Positions 8,093 to 16,779 of a stretch of 25,105 bases of DNA are shown here, piece by piece. This stretch comes from a bacterium. Its GTDB lineage: Bacteria; JAMCPX01. Position 1 is the stretch's first letter. The number at the start of each line of letters is the position of its first letter. The stretch lies in contig JBBIVV010000027.1 of the NCBI GenBank assembly GCA_037439545.1, positions 1 through 25,105 of the forward strand. Reading direction: 5' to 3'. The notes under the pieces were generated by a model. The model was not told the origin of the DNA and searched no databases. It saw nothing but the letters and a program-made list of their open reading frames with translations. A program made the translations under genes and the position numbers.

Positions 8093-9550
8093 TTAATGAA
8101 GTATGAGTTTTTCATCTATATATTTAATTATACTGTTTGTTGATTTTAGTCCGAGTTGCTCTGCAATGGCTTTGACAGCAGTAAACCTTGTGAGGTGTGC
8201 GTCCCAGTCCATTTCAAGAAGTATATCCCCTGGTTTTGTGCTTGGGCTTTGAGGTTTTGCCTGAGAAAGCGCGATGAACCCCCATGGATTTTTGTCTTCA
8301 GGAAGCAGATTTTTATTACGTATGAACACCGTGGATCTTTTTTTGCCGAGGTCTGTTGTTGCGACCGCCGTATAGAGAAACTCCTCCGCTCTTGGATGGA
8401 GCTTCATTGGAAAAGGCAATTCTGAAGGCGGGCTTGTCTTCGTTGTCGTTTCTACTGAGAGCTCAAGTTTACAGAACATCTCTTCTTTAAGCGGAACGGA
8501 TATAAGGCCTCCTGTTTTACTCCTTGAACCTCCTGCACAATCTCTCGGCATACAATCTGTAAAATCAGACTTTATATCTTCCTGCGGTTCTTTGGTATGT
8601 GACCATGGTATTTTACTGCACATGCTTTGACTTTTAATGTATGTTGAACAATTGTTACATGGGTTTGGTATGCTATAGATTGTGGTAGTATAAAACCAGC
8701 CTGCTTTAGTTTTTTTTGTGCTCGTTACATCCGTCGCCGAACCGGCAGGTTCGTTTGCCTTATTATTTGCATCCACAGCCTGGGTATAAGTATCATAGCT
8801 ATGGCTGTCTTTAAATGTTGTTGATATTGCTCCATCCGATGACAGTGAGCTCAGATCAATTGATTTGCCGAGTAAGCCCAAAGCCTCGGACAAAAGTGGG
8901 AATATTTTATCGAGCGTTTTACTAATTTCCTTCATAATGGCCTCAATGAGATCCTGGAACGTTCCTTTGTCCACATTCAATGAAATTTCCTGCGGTGTAA
9001 GCGGCGGCGGTACTTTGTCGGATGGTTGATACGGATAGGGTATAGACACAGGGCTGTTTGAATTTGCACCGCTTGCAATCTCAACTGCAACGGGGACAGT
9101 ATAAGGGAAGATTTTTGCTATCTTTTTTTCAAGATTAGACATCTCCACTGCCGTGTTCCATAAACGCTTTATCGCTTTATTTGCGAAATTCAGGACTAAT
9201 GGCAGTGCAGTAGCACATGCTTCACCGATGCCTGCCCACCATAAAGTAGCTGAACATACACCAAGGATGGCAATGGCTGCTACTATGATTATAATCAATT
9301 CAACACACAGCACAATACCCTGATTCAAACCCGCTATGAGGTTCAGTCCCCGTGCCTCCCACACAGCCCCTGCCATGGAGGCGCTGTCCGCAGTATTCTG
9401 CATTTCCATCTTGTAGGAAAGTTCCCTGCCGACATTGGCAACCGAAGCAATGAATATAATCAATGTTATGAGTGTTATCACAACAAAAACTATTGCCTGC
9501 CCCTGCTCTCCATCCCTCTTATATCTCAACCGGTTTATACTCATGGACAC
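8093..9550 (-). CDS. tadG: TadG-like large pseudopilin with Cys-rich region
   Basis: G|QAIVFVVITL; MQNTADSASMAGAVWEARGLN (Tad N-terminal motif); C-terminal WDAHL. Confidence 0.82.
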   Translation of the reverse strand: MSMSINRLRYKRDGEQGQAIVFVVITLITLIIFIASVANVGRELSYKMEMQNTADSASMAGAVWEARGLNLIAGLNQGIVLCVELIIIIVAAIAILGVCSATLWWAGIGEACATALPLVLNFANKAIKRLWNTAVEMSNLEKKIAKIFPYTVPVAVEIASGANSNSPVSIPYPYQPSDKVPPPLTPQEISLNVDKGTFQDLIEAIMKEISKTLDKIFPLLSEALGLLGKSIDLSSLSSDGAISTTFKDSHSYDTYTQAVDANNKANEPAGSATDVTSTKKTKAGWFYTTTIYSIPNPCNNCSTYIKSQSMCSKIPWSHTKEPQEDIKSDFTDCMPRDCAGGSRSKTGGLISVPLKEEMFCKLELSVETTTKTSPPSELPFPMKLHPRAEEFLYTAVATTDLGKKRSTVFIRNKNLLPEDKNPWGFIALSQAKPQSPSTKPGDILLEMDWDAHLTRFTAVKAIAEQLGLKSTNSIIKYIDEKLILH

Positions 9551-10317
9551 TCCTGCCTGACGATCCTGCTTATGCCGGTTTTGTCTTTATCTGTATGATA
9601 TTGAGGCCTGCCGTTTTTGTACGTACCTGACCGGTACACTTCATCAATTGTATATGAGTGTTTTACGCCCTGATTGTCAACATAGGTATAGACACATTTG
9701 GATATGTCCTCCGGCGGTTGTTCATGAAGGTTTTCTACCGTGAGTGTCGCTTCAGACGATAATGAATAGAAATAGTCGGACCCGATGATCGACGAAAGTG
9801 TGCTTATCCATTCATTATCAGCATCCATGTAATTGGAGAGTATGGTTAAAATGCCGGAACTTTTAGTGCCTATTATTCTATTAACAACCGGTATGGTAAG
9901 CAGGGCAAGATAATCTACATGAACAGTAATATCGTCATCGGACTGGTGAGGGTTTGTTACGATCTTTGCATCGGTAAATTGTTTTGCATAAGCATATCTT
10001 AACAGTAAGGTGCTTGCGTCTCCAAACAAGTCTGCGATATTATTTACCGCGCCTGCAGCAATAGATAAGCCGGACATTGCATCGATACGCGGCGAGACAG
10101 GCATCATGGATAGTTTTGCCGATTCAGAAATATCATCCGGGTTATCCGGCTGGACAATAGCCGTACGTGCGGCATTAAAGGCTGCGTATTCAACGAAGAG
10201 CTTTGCCTGTGCAAGCAGGGATATCTGGACGATTGCAAGCACGGTGATCAGGACAAGAGGGAATGCAAGCAGGAACTCGACCATTGCCTGCCCATGTTCA
10301 CATGCAGGGCGAATCAT
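9541..10317 (-). CDS. tadE: TadE-like pseudopilin
   Basis: G|QAMVEFLLAFPLVL and YAAFNAARTAIV motifs. Confidence 0.88.
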   Translation of the reverse strand: MIRPACEHGQAMVEFLLAFPLVLITVLAIVQISLLAQAKLFVEYAAFNAARTAIVQPDNPDDISESAKLSMMPVSPRIDAMSGLSIAAGAVNNIADLFGDASTLLLRYAYAKQFTDAKIVTNPHQSDDDITVHVDYLALLTIPVVNRIIGTKSSGILTILSNYMDADNEWISTLSSIIGSDYFYSLSSEATLTVENLHEQPPEDISKCVYTYVDNQGVKHSYTIDEVYRSGTYKNGRPQYHTDKDKTGISRIVRQECP

Positions 10318-10326
10318 TAATTGCCC

Positions 10327-10554
10327 CTACTCTCCCGCACTTTCTTTGGCCGGTGCACCTTCATTGCTCTGATTTGTCACGCTCTCGATCTGCTGGCCTG
10401 CGGTCTTTACACCTTTGATGAGTCTGTTTCTGAACACGCCGAATACAGCAATGAGCGCTATGGCAATGAGCAGGACGATCAGGATGTACTCTGTCATACC
10501 CTGGCCGCTTTGCCCGTTCTTTTTAATCTTTGGATTAAGATTTATGCAAACCAT
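10327..10554 (-). CDS. flp: Flp major pilin (75 aa)
   Basis: G|QGMTEYILIVLLIAIALIAVF; first gene of the operon; GGAGG 6 nt upstream of the ATG at 10554. Confidence 0.9.
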   Translation of the reverse strand: MVCINLNPKIKKNGQSGQGMTEYILIVLLIAIALIAVFGVFRNRLIKGVKTAGQQIESVTNQSNEGAPAKESAGE

Positions 10555-10664
10555 ATTAACCTCCATTTTGACGATTATTTATCGTTAAACACTCACGGGG
10601 TTTGGTTTGTCAAGAGAATCGTGCATAAGAGGATTTATCGTACCTCAACGCTTGGATTTATTTG

Positions 10665-10683
10665 CTTGAACATATTGTTCAAG
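10665..10683. promoter_or_regulatory. Operator-like inverted repeat in the divergent flp/DUF1571 intergenic region
   Basis: CTTGAACA-TAT-TGTTCAAG, perfect 8-bp arms. Confidence 0.4.
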
Positions 10684-10803
10684 AGCCTTGAAGACCGCAA
10701 TGAAGTTGGAGTTACCGTTGCGAATATACTATTTGAAATCTGTTCATGTATCATAGATTGATTATTTGACCGTCATTTATTTATTTGCTACGTAGCAACG
10801 ATT

Positions 10804-11619
10804 GTGAAAAAATATTTCTTATATAGTCCAAAATACGTCAAGTACCTCCTGCCCTTGATGGTCTTTGGGACATTTCACCCGTCCGTACTGTATGCTCTCG
10901 GGGAGAATGTATCGCATGCCAAAGATGCTACTCCGAAGATCAGCACAGCCCAGTCTATGATGAACGGCGTAATCCTTGACTTGCTGAAAAGGGATGTCGA
11001 AGACTTAAAAAAGATAAAAAGCTACCACTGCACTTTTATAAAACAGGAGATGTTCGACGGCAAGCTCAACCATGAAGAAACGATTAACTATTACTTCTGG
11101 ACTCCGTGCAGAATTTACATGAAATGGACGAATAAACAGGACAAGGGGCTTACTGCTGTGTATGACTGCCAAAAAGATAAAAATCATTTCTATGGAAAGG
11201 ACAGCGGAATTGCAGGATATTTCGGGTTTATGAAACTTACCATGAATAGCCCTTTTATAAGGGTATTCCATCCAAACCACTGGCAGATAGATCAGTCAGA
11301 TTTATTCTTCATTATCAACATGATCTTCCAGCAGATGCAGGATTCCATAAAATTAGGAAAGTTCAGGCTAACCTCGATCCGTGAAATGTATGACCATGAA
11401 ACGGATGTTGATACCCTCCGGTTCGATGCGGTACTAACCGACCTGCCCGTCAACGGTGTTTCTTACGGTAAAGTATCAATATGGGTCGACGCAAACACGC
11501 TTATACCTGTCAAGTTCTTGTTGTATAATGTAAAAGGAGAACTTTACGAACGGTACATATTGAAGGATATGGAACTCAATGTTGACCCCTCACCCGAACT
11601 GTTCGCACCCGTAAAGTAA
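10804..11619 (+). CDS. DUF1571-like exported protein (probable LolA-like fold)
   Basis: Signal-like N-terminus; SYHCTFIKQEMFDGKL...IYMKW; C-terminal IWVDANTLIPVK...LYERY...LN...F. Confidence 0.72.
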   Translation: MKKYFLYSPKYVKYLLPLMVFGTFHPSVLYALGENVSHAKDATPKISTAQSMMNGVILDLLKRDVEDLKKIKSYHCTFIKQEMFDGKLNHEETINYYFWTPCRIYMKWTNKQDKGLTAVYDCQKDKNHFYGKDSGIAGYFGFMKLTMNSPFIRVFHPNHWQIDQSDLFFIINMIFQQMQDSIKLGKFRLTSIREMYDHETDVDTLRFDAVLTDLPVNGVSYGKVSIWVDANTLIPVKFLLYNVKGELYERYILKDMELNVDPSPELFAPVK

Positions 11620-11678
11620 TACACCGGGTGAACACCTTCCGGCTATTTCACTTGCCAAACAAAATGAACAACGGATCT

Positions 11679-11858
11679 TTATGATTTTTTCTGCATAGCT
11701 ACGCCGCAGCATACGAGTTCTTTAAACTCAGGTCCGCACTCTGTCATGACTACCTCGGACCCGCAGGGTATGCAAAGGTATCTCGGTCCCTTTGCTGCAG
11801 GTGCTTTGCGCTTTGCCGGTTTCCTGGCAATGGCTTTCTTTGCTTTTTTAACTGCCAT
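11679..11858 (-). CDS. 59-aa protein: Lys/Ala-rich tail plus desulforedoxin-like Cys4 domain (not in ORF track)
   Basis: MAVKKAKKAIARKPAKRKAPAAKGPRYLCIPCGSEVVMTECGPEFKELVCCGVAMQKKS*; strong RBS AAAGGAGG upstream. Confidence 0.88.
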   Translation of the reverse strand: MAVKKAKKAIARKPAKRKAPAAKGPRYLCIPCGSEVVMTECGPEFKELVCCGVAMQKKS

Positions 11859-11986
11859 AACAATGTTCCTCCTTTCTGTTTATATGTATATATTAATCAT
11901 TCATCTGAAAATATTCACATGCATCCAAGTCCTCTTGAACAAGCTTTTATCGTGCGGGTGCTGTCCGTGCCTTCGCTCCACGTAAA

Positions 11987-12017
11987 TCCCGTGAGAGAAC
12001 TTCGTCCTCTCACGGGA
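11987..12017 (-). terminator. Stable hairpin downstream of the FN3/NHL lipoprotein gene
   Basis: TCCCGTGAGAG / CTCTCACGGGA perfect 11-bp arms, extending to 14 bp with one G-U pair on the minus strand; only a short U run follows. Confidence 0.5.
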
Positions 12018-12090
12018 CACTATGTTGAAACGATAAAGGAACAATGGGGGCAGCAGTTCCCTATGATACCCATTGAATTCGCTACCCTCC

Positions 12091-13593
12091 TCACGGCCAT
12101 TGCGGGCCTTTGTACGGAAAGTACTGGGGACCGGCTGCCACTCCTACCAATTCAGTGACCGTATTATCACCGCTGTTCGCCACCCAGATATCGCCGTAAT
12201 CATCTATTGCGACGCCTTCGGGCTTAGTTCCTGCCATATACGTCTTTAAAACTATGCCAGCCGGGCTCAATGCCGTTACAGTATTACTCCAGTAATTGGC
12301 AAACCAGACATTGCCTGTACTATCTATAGCTATACTTTCAGGACTAATGCCTACATAGTGCGTTCCTATGGGTTTCCCGGTAGGACTTAACGTAGTTAGA
12401 CTGCCACTGCTATTGTTAATGACCCAGATATTACCGGAAGGGTCTATAGCGATATCCATAGGAGTGGCTCCTACACCGTAAGTTCCTATTATTGCTCCGG
12501 CAAGGTTTAATTCGGTTACAGTATAAGAGAGTTGATTGACAACCCAAACATTGGCCGAACTGTCAATGGCTATACCAACAAAAAACCCTCCGCCAATTTC
12601 ATAAGTACCTATAGTGGTGCCGGCAGGGCTTAATTCTACCACACCGCCATTCCCGGTATCAGCGACCCATACATTGCCTGAACTATCTATCGCTATGCCT
12701 TCAGGTACACCGCCTACAGTATAAACCCCTTTAGTTGTCCCGATAGGGTTCAATTCAGTTACCGTACCACTATACGTGTTGGCAATCCAGACATTGCCCC
12801 CAGTGTCTATAGCTAAATTCCCTGGACTCTTGCCAGCATCATACGTTCCAATGGTTAAACCGGCGGCAGAATTTATTTTGGTTACCGTGCCTCCACTGAA
12901 GTTTGTGACCCATACATTGTTCGAACTGTCTATGGCTATTCTTACAGGAACAGTACCTCCCGAGGAATAGATTTTGGCTAAGACAGGAACGGCACCTATC
13001 TCATTTGAATATCCGCTTTCTCCTCCTGCATTAACAGCAGTTACTGCAAAATGGTATGTGTTTCCGTTGATAAGGCCGGTGACCGTATAAACTGTTGCAG
13101 TGGTAACCCCCGATTTGATAGAAGATGTACTTGTTGCAGGATCTAAACTATAGACAGTATACCCCGTTGCGCCTCGTGAAGCCTTCCATCCGAGCGATAC
13201 CTGCCTATCTCCGATTATAGCCGAAAGGGTTGCCGGTGCTGCGGATATCAGAGTAATTCCGGCTTGATTGGAGTATCCGCTTGCTCCTGCTTCATTCGAT
13301 GCAGTAACTGCAAAATAGTATGTCTCACCGCTTATCAGACCTGTTATCGTGTCAGCCGTGATAGCGGTAGAGCCTATCTTTACATAAGAGGGATCAGAAG
13401 ATATTTTGTAATAAATACTGTAGCTCGTTGCACCGGCTGATGTGTCCCATTTCAAGTCTACCCGTTCATTACTGACAGTGGCTAAAAGGTTGGCTGGAGC
13501 AATGGGGGCACTTTGCGTATTTGCTTTGTCCCTCCCGCAGCCCGATATAATGAATGCTATGAATAAGAAGGAGACAGTGAAATATTTTTTCAT
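12091..13593 (-). CDS. Lipoprotein with two fibronectin type III domains and an NHL-repeat beta-propeller
   Basis: Lipobox IISG-C; two FN3 repeats (V.L.W..S.GAT.Y.. TY.FAVTA.N.....SGYSN); about seven P..IAIDxxGNVWV repeats. Confidence 0.9.
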   Translation of the reverse strand: MKKYFTVSFLFIAFIISGCGRDKANTQSAPIAPANLLATVSNERVDLKWDTSAGATSYSIYYKISSDPSYVKIGSTAITADTITGLISGETYYFAVTASNEAGASGYSNQAGITLISAAPATLSAIIGDRQVSLGWKASRGATGYTVYSLDPATSTSSIKSGVTTATVYTVTGLINGNTYHFAVTAVNAGGESGYSNEIGAVPVLAKIYSSGGTVPVRIAIDSSNNVWVTNFSGGTVTKINSAAGLTIGTYDAGKSPGNLAIDTGGNVWIANTYSGTVTELNPIGTTKGVYTVGGVPEGIAIDSSGNVWVADTGNGGVVELSPAGTTIGTYEIGGGFFVGIAIDSSANVWVVNQLSYTVTELNLAGAIIGTYGVGATPMDIAIDPSGNIWVINNSSGSLTTLSPTGKPIGTHYVGISPESIAIDSTGNVWFANYWSNTVTALSPAGIVLKTYMAGTKPEGVAIDDYGDIWVANSGDNTVTELVGVAAGPQYFPYKGPQWP

Positions 13594-13674
13594 TTTACCC
13601 TCCTTGCCCGATCGCTATAGATCGATATATTTATAGTTTATAGGAGAATATTCGTCAAGGGATGGATTCAAAAG

Positions 13675-13782
13675 AGGACGGGAAAACCCGCCCCTACCCT
13701 ATGAAACATAAGGGGTAGACGTATAACCTGTCTCTACTACAATTGACCAATAGAAAAGGGCGATTCACCGAATCGCCCCTAC
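13675..13782 (-). repeat. Cluster of three co-oriented GTAG-type REP-like palindromes
   Basis: Minus strand: GTAGGGGCGATTCGGTGAATCGCCCT, GTAGAGACAGGTTATACGTCT and GTAGGGGCGGGTTTTCCCGTCCT, starting at 13782, 13737 and 13697. Confidence 0.72.
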
Positions 13783-13912
13783 ATTTCTACTTTCTCATTC
13801 TTATTGTCAGATTCTTTTACCGCTTCTTCAGGTTTCCCTGAAACTATTGGTCTTGTGATCTTCCTTTGGATTTTTCCTTGGATTTCTCTGCGGATTTCTG
13901 TTCTCCCCGCGG

Positions 13913-14527
13913 TTATCTCTGTTGCGGGTGTTGATATCTCTTTCCCTGCGGGTGTCTTTTCTGCTGACGCATCTGCTGCTGATGCCTCTGGACGTCAGGC
14001 CGCCTTTGATATTCCCGTTGTCTTTGGTATCTTAGTTCCTGTCTCTGATGGATGGTCTGGGGGTGATAGTCCCGGACACCCCATGCTTTTTGCCTTTCCC
14101 AATATCCATTATTATGCCAGGTCCTCCAGTTCCGTCGAAGGTCCCTGTCATGAATTCGTTCATAGTTCCACGGGTGCCCCCGCCAGTCATGGTCTCTGTA
14201 GTATCCTCTCCAGCCCGGGTCTACGTCATAATAGAACCTTGGAACACGGTTAAAATAAATCCAACCGCGGTTATAAAAGCGTGCTCTATACCAGCCGCCT
14301 TCCCATGGACGCCACCACCATCCATTCCAGAAAAACATGTCCGTCTCTATAGTGGGAACAACGTACACATCGTTCGTATCAGGAAGCACTATCACCTCCG
14401 GCGGTTCTTCGAATACAATGGGCGGCGGCAGGGAAACCCCGACACTTACATATACCCCTGCCATCGTTGGAAGAGGAACGGCAATGGATACCACAAAAAG
14501 AATGAGCATTAAAAGAAATTTTTTCAT
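13913..14527 (-). CDS. Exported Pro/Trp/Arg-rich protein with Gln-rich tail
   Basis: Signal peptide ending TMA-G; VSVGVSLPPP; FFWNGWWWRPWEGGWY; AAGGAGG RBS. Confidence 0.82.
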   Translation of the reverse strand: MKKFLLMLILFVVSIAVPLPTMAGVYVSVGVSLPPPIVFEEPPEVIVLPDTNDVYVVPTIETDMFFWNGWWWRPWEGGWYRARFYNRGWIYFNRVPRFYYDVDPGWRGYYRDHDWRGHPWNYERIHDRDLRRNWRTWHNNGYWERQKAWGVRDYHPQTIHQRQELRYQRQREYQRRPDVQRHQQQMRQQKRHPQGKRYQHPQQR

Positions 14528-14627
14528 TTTCTTTCCTCCTTATTCAGCATATCTTTCCCCCTGTCGTGAAATCTGAATCTTATCTACTTCATACTATTAA
14601 AACTATAATCGGTCAATATAACGGGTA

Positions 14628-14659
14628 ATAAAAAAGGCGACCTCAGTCGCCTTTTTTAT
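14628..14659. terminator. Bidirectional intrinsic terminator between divergent genes
   Basis: ATAAAAAAGGCGAC-CTCA-GTCGCCTTTTTTAT, perfect 14-bp arms. Confidence 0.75.
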
Positions 14660-14841
14660 AAGCTTCGTGGGCTTCTCGCCGCAAGCTTATTGTCATTTAT
14701 AGGTTTAATATAAGCACTCACGAATGAAATTCAATCCTTGAAGTCAAGCCGGGGCGAGCGAATGAACAAATTCCCCGTCATATTTTTTGAATTAATTGAT
14801 TTAATTGACTGTACTGTCACGATGCCTTATGAACCTATTCC

Positions 14842-15552
14842 ATGAGCATGATCTATATGATCAGACACGGCCAGGCTTCATTCGGCAACGATAATTATGA
14901 CAAGCTGTCTGAGAAGGGTATTCTCCAGTCAACCATACTCGGGAAACACCTCGTGAATACCGGCATAATCTTTGATGCTGTTTACTCAGGCCCTCTTATC
15001 CGCCAGCAGGCAACAGCCTCTCTGGTGCTCAACAGCTTCAGAAAAGAAAACCTTCCATTCCCTGAGGTAACCGTTATGCAGGAATTCGAAGAGTATGATC
15101 CGACCGCAGTCCTGATGTCCCAGATTCCGCTTGTGTTGAAAGAAGATCCTTCATTACAGCCTTATGCTGAACTTATTTATAAAAACAGCAAGGCATTTCA
15201 GAAGATCTTTGAAAAAGCCCTGTTAAAATGGGTGTCGGGCACGAACGACAGTCCTGGCGTAGAAACATGGGAGAGCCTGAAGCTTCGGGTAAAAAAGGGT
15301 ATTGAACATATCATGAAGACCCAGGGCAGCGGTAAAAACATCGCTATTTTCACATCCGGCGGACCGATATCCGCGACAATGCACCTGTGTCTTGGTCTTA
15401 CAAACGAAAATGCCATAAAACTGAACTGGCAGGTCATCAATGCATCCATAAGCAGGTTTATGTACAATCCGGAACGCATAACACTTGCAGGCTTCAACAC
15501 TATATCCCACATTGAACTTACGACGGACAAGACATTGATAACCTATAGATAA
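14842..15552 (+). CDS. Histidine phosphatase (phosphoglycerate mutase-like) family protein
   Basis: IYMIRHGQASFG..YDKLS; SGPLIRQQATA; FTSGGPI; C-terminal ITYR. Confidence 0.9.
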   Translation: MSMIYMIRHGQASFGNDNYDKLSEKGILQSTILGKHLVNTGIIFDAVYSGPLIRQQATASLVLNSFRKENLPFPEVTVMQEFEEYDPTAVLMSQIPLVLKEDPSLQPYAELIYKNSKAFQKIFEKALLKWVSGTNDSPGVETWESLKLRVKKGIEHIMKTQGSGKNIAIFTSGGPISATMHLCLGLTNENAIKLNWQVINASISRFMYNPERITLAGFNTISHIELTTDKTLITYR

Positions 15553-15564
15553 AAAGGAGGATAT

Positions 15565-16773
15565 ATGGATTTTGAAGTGTCTGAAAAAATGAAAGTAATC
15601 ATAGGCATGATCAATGAATTTGTAGACAAAGAACTTATTCCGCTCGAGCCTGAATTCGTAAACAAGAGCATAAAAGACATGCTGCCTGTACTCAAGGAAA
15701 AAAGGCAGATGGTCAAAAAAATGGAACTCTGGTCGCCCAATCAGCCGAAAGAATACGGCGGTATGGGGCTTGACCTCGTTGAGCATGCACTAGTGTCCGA
15801 AGCCCTCGGCAGAAGCCCGCTTGGTCATTATGTGTTCGGATGCCAGGCGCCTGACGCGGGAAATATGGAGATACTCTATCTTCACGGAACGGATGATCAG
15901 AAGAAAAAATACCTGAAGCCGCTCGTTGCAGGCGAGATCAGGAGTTGTTTCAGCATGACAGAGCCTGAGATGCCGGGATCAAACCCTGTTATGCTCGAGA
16001 CCACGGCTGTCAGGGACGGAAACGATTATGTGATAAACGGACAGAAGTGGTTCTCTACGGCTGCCGATGGTTCTGCGTTTACCATAGTCATGGCAATAAC
16101 AAACCCGGATGAACATCCGTATATGCGTGCGAGCATGATCATTGTTCCGACAGGTACAAAAGGCTACAGCCTTGTAAGAAATATCCCTGTCATGGGGCAT
16201 TCGGGAGAGGATTACTTTTCTCACGGCGAGGTAGCATTTCAATCGTGCAGGGTGCCTCAAAAAAACCTGCTCGGTCCTGAAGGCATGGGGTTCGTGATTG
16301 CGCAGGAACGGCTCGGACCGGGGCGTATACATCACTGCATGAGGTGGATAGGCATATGCAACAGGGCGTTTGACCTTATGTGCTCGAGGGCTTCGAAGAG
16401 AATCATGTCTCCTGACGGGAAAACGCTTGCAACAAAACAGATTATTCAGGAATGGATAGCTGATTCTGCTGCAGAGATCTGTGCTGCAAGGCTTATGGTA
16501 CTGAATGCCGCATGGAAGATAGAGAAGCTTGGACAGAAAGATGCACGGGATGATGTGTCCTTCATCAAATTTTATGTTGCCGGCGTACTCCAGCGCGTCG
16601 TAGACAGAGCTTTGCAGGTGCACGGCGGACTCGGCGTGACGGACGACACGATACTTGCGTTTTTCTACCGGCACGAGCGTGCCGCAAGGATATACGATGG
16701 CGCAGACGAGGTGCACAAGATGTCGGTAGCCAAAAGGATACTCAAAACATACGAAGGGAAGGATGTGCGTTAG
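15565..16773 (+). CDS. Acyl-CoA dehydrogenase, ACAD10/11 (LvaC)-like
   Basis: CQAPDAGNMEIL, CFSMTEP, AQERLGPGRIHHCMR, RIYDGADEVH (Asp at the usual catalytic Glu position). Confidence 0.92.
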   Translation: MDFEVSEKMKVIIGMINEFVDKELIPLEPEFVNKSIKDMLPVLKEKRQMVKKMELWSPNQPKEYGGMGLDLVEHALVSEALGRSPLGHYVFGCQAPDAGNMEILYLHGTDDQKKKYLKPLVAGEIRSCFSMTEPEMPGSNPVMLETTAVRDGNDYVINGQKWFSTAADGSAFTIVMAITNPDEHPYMRASMIIVPTGTKGYSLVRNIPVMGHSGEDYFSHGEVAFQSCRVPQKNLLGPEGMGFVIAQERLGPGRIHHCMRWIGICNRAFDLMCSRASKRIMSPDGKTLATKQIIQEWIADSAAEICAARLMVLNAAWKIEKLGQKDARDDVSFIKFYVAGVLQRVVDRALQVHGGLGVTDDTILAFFYRHERAARIYDGADEVHKMSVAKRILKTYEGKDVR

Positions 16774-16779
16774 GCAATC

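Noticed and set aside
10555..10566. flp start at ATG 10566 as in the ORF track
   Set aside because: That ATG overlaps the GGAGG Shine-Dalgarno; the ATG at 10554 has the correct spacing.
11746..11985. 79-aa plus-strand ORF with a hydrophobic stretch
   Set aside because: Antisense shadow of the Lys/Ala-rich 59-aa gene, which has the RBS and the Cys motif.
13675..13782. Possible mini CRISPR array
   Set aside because: Units are not identical, the period is only 40-45 bp, and there are no cas genes; REP-like instead.
13804..14512. Plus-strand ORFs of 149 and 154 aa
   Set aside because: Shadows of the minus-strand gene, which has a signal peptide and RBS.
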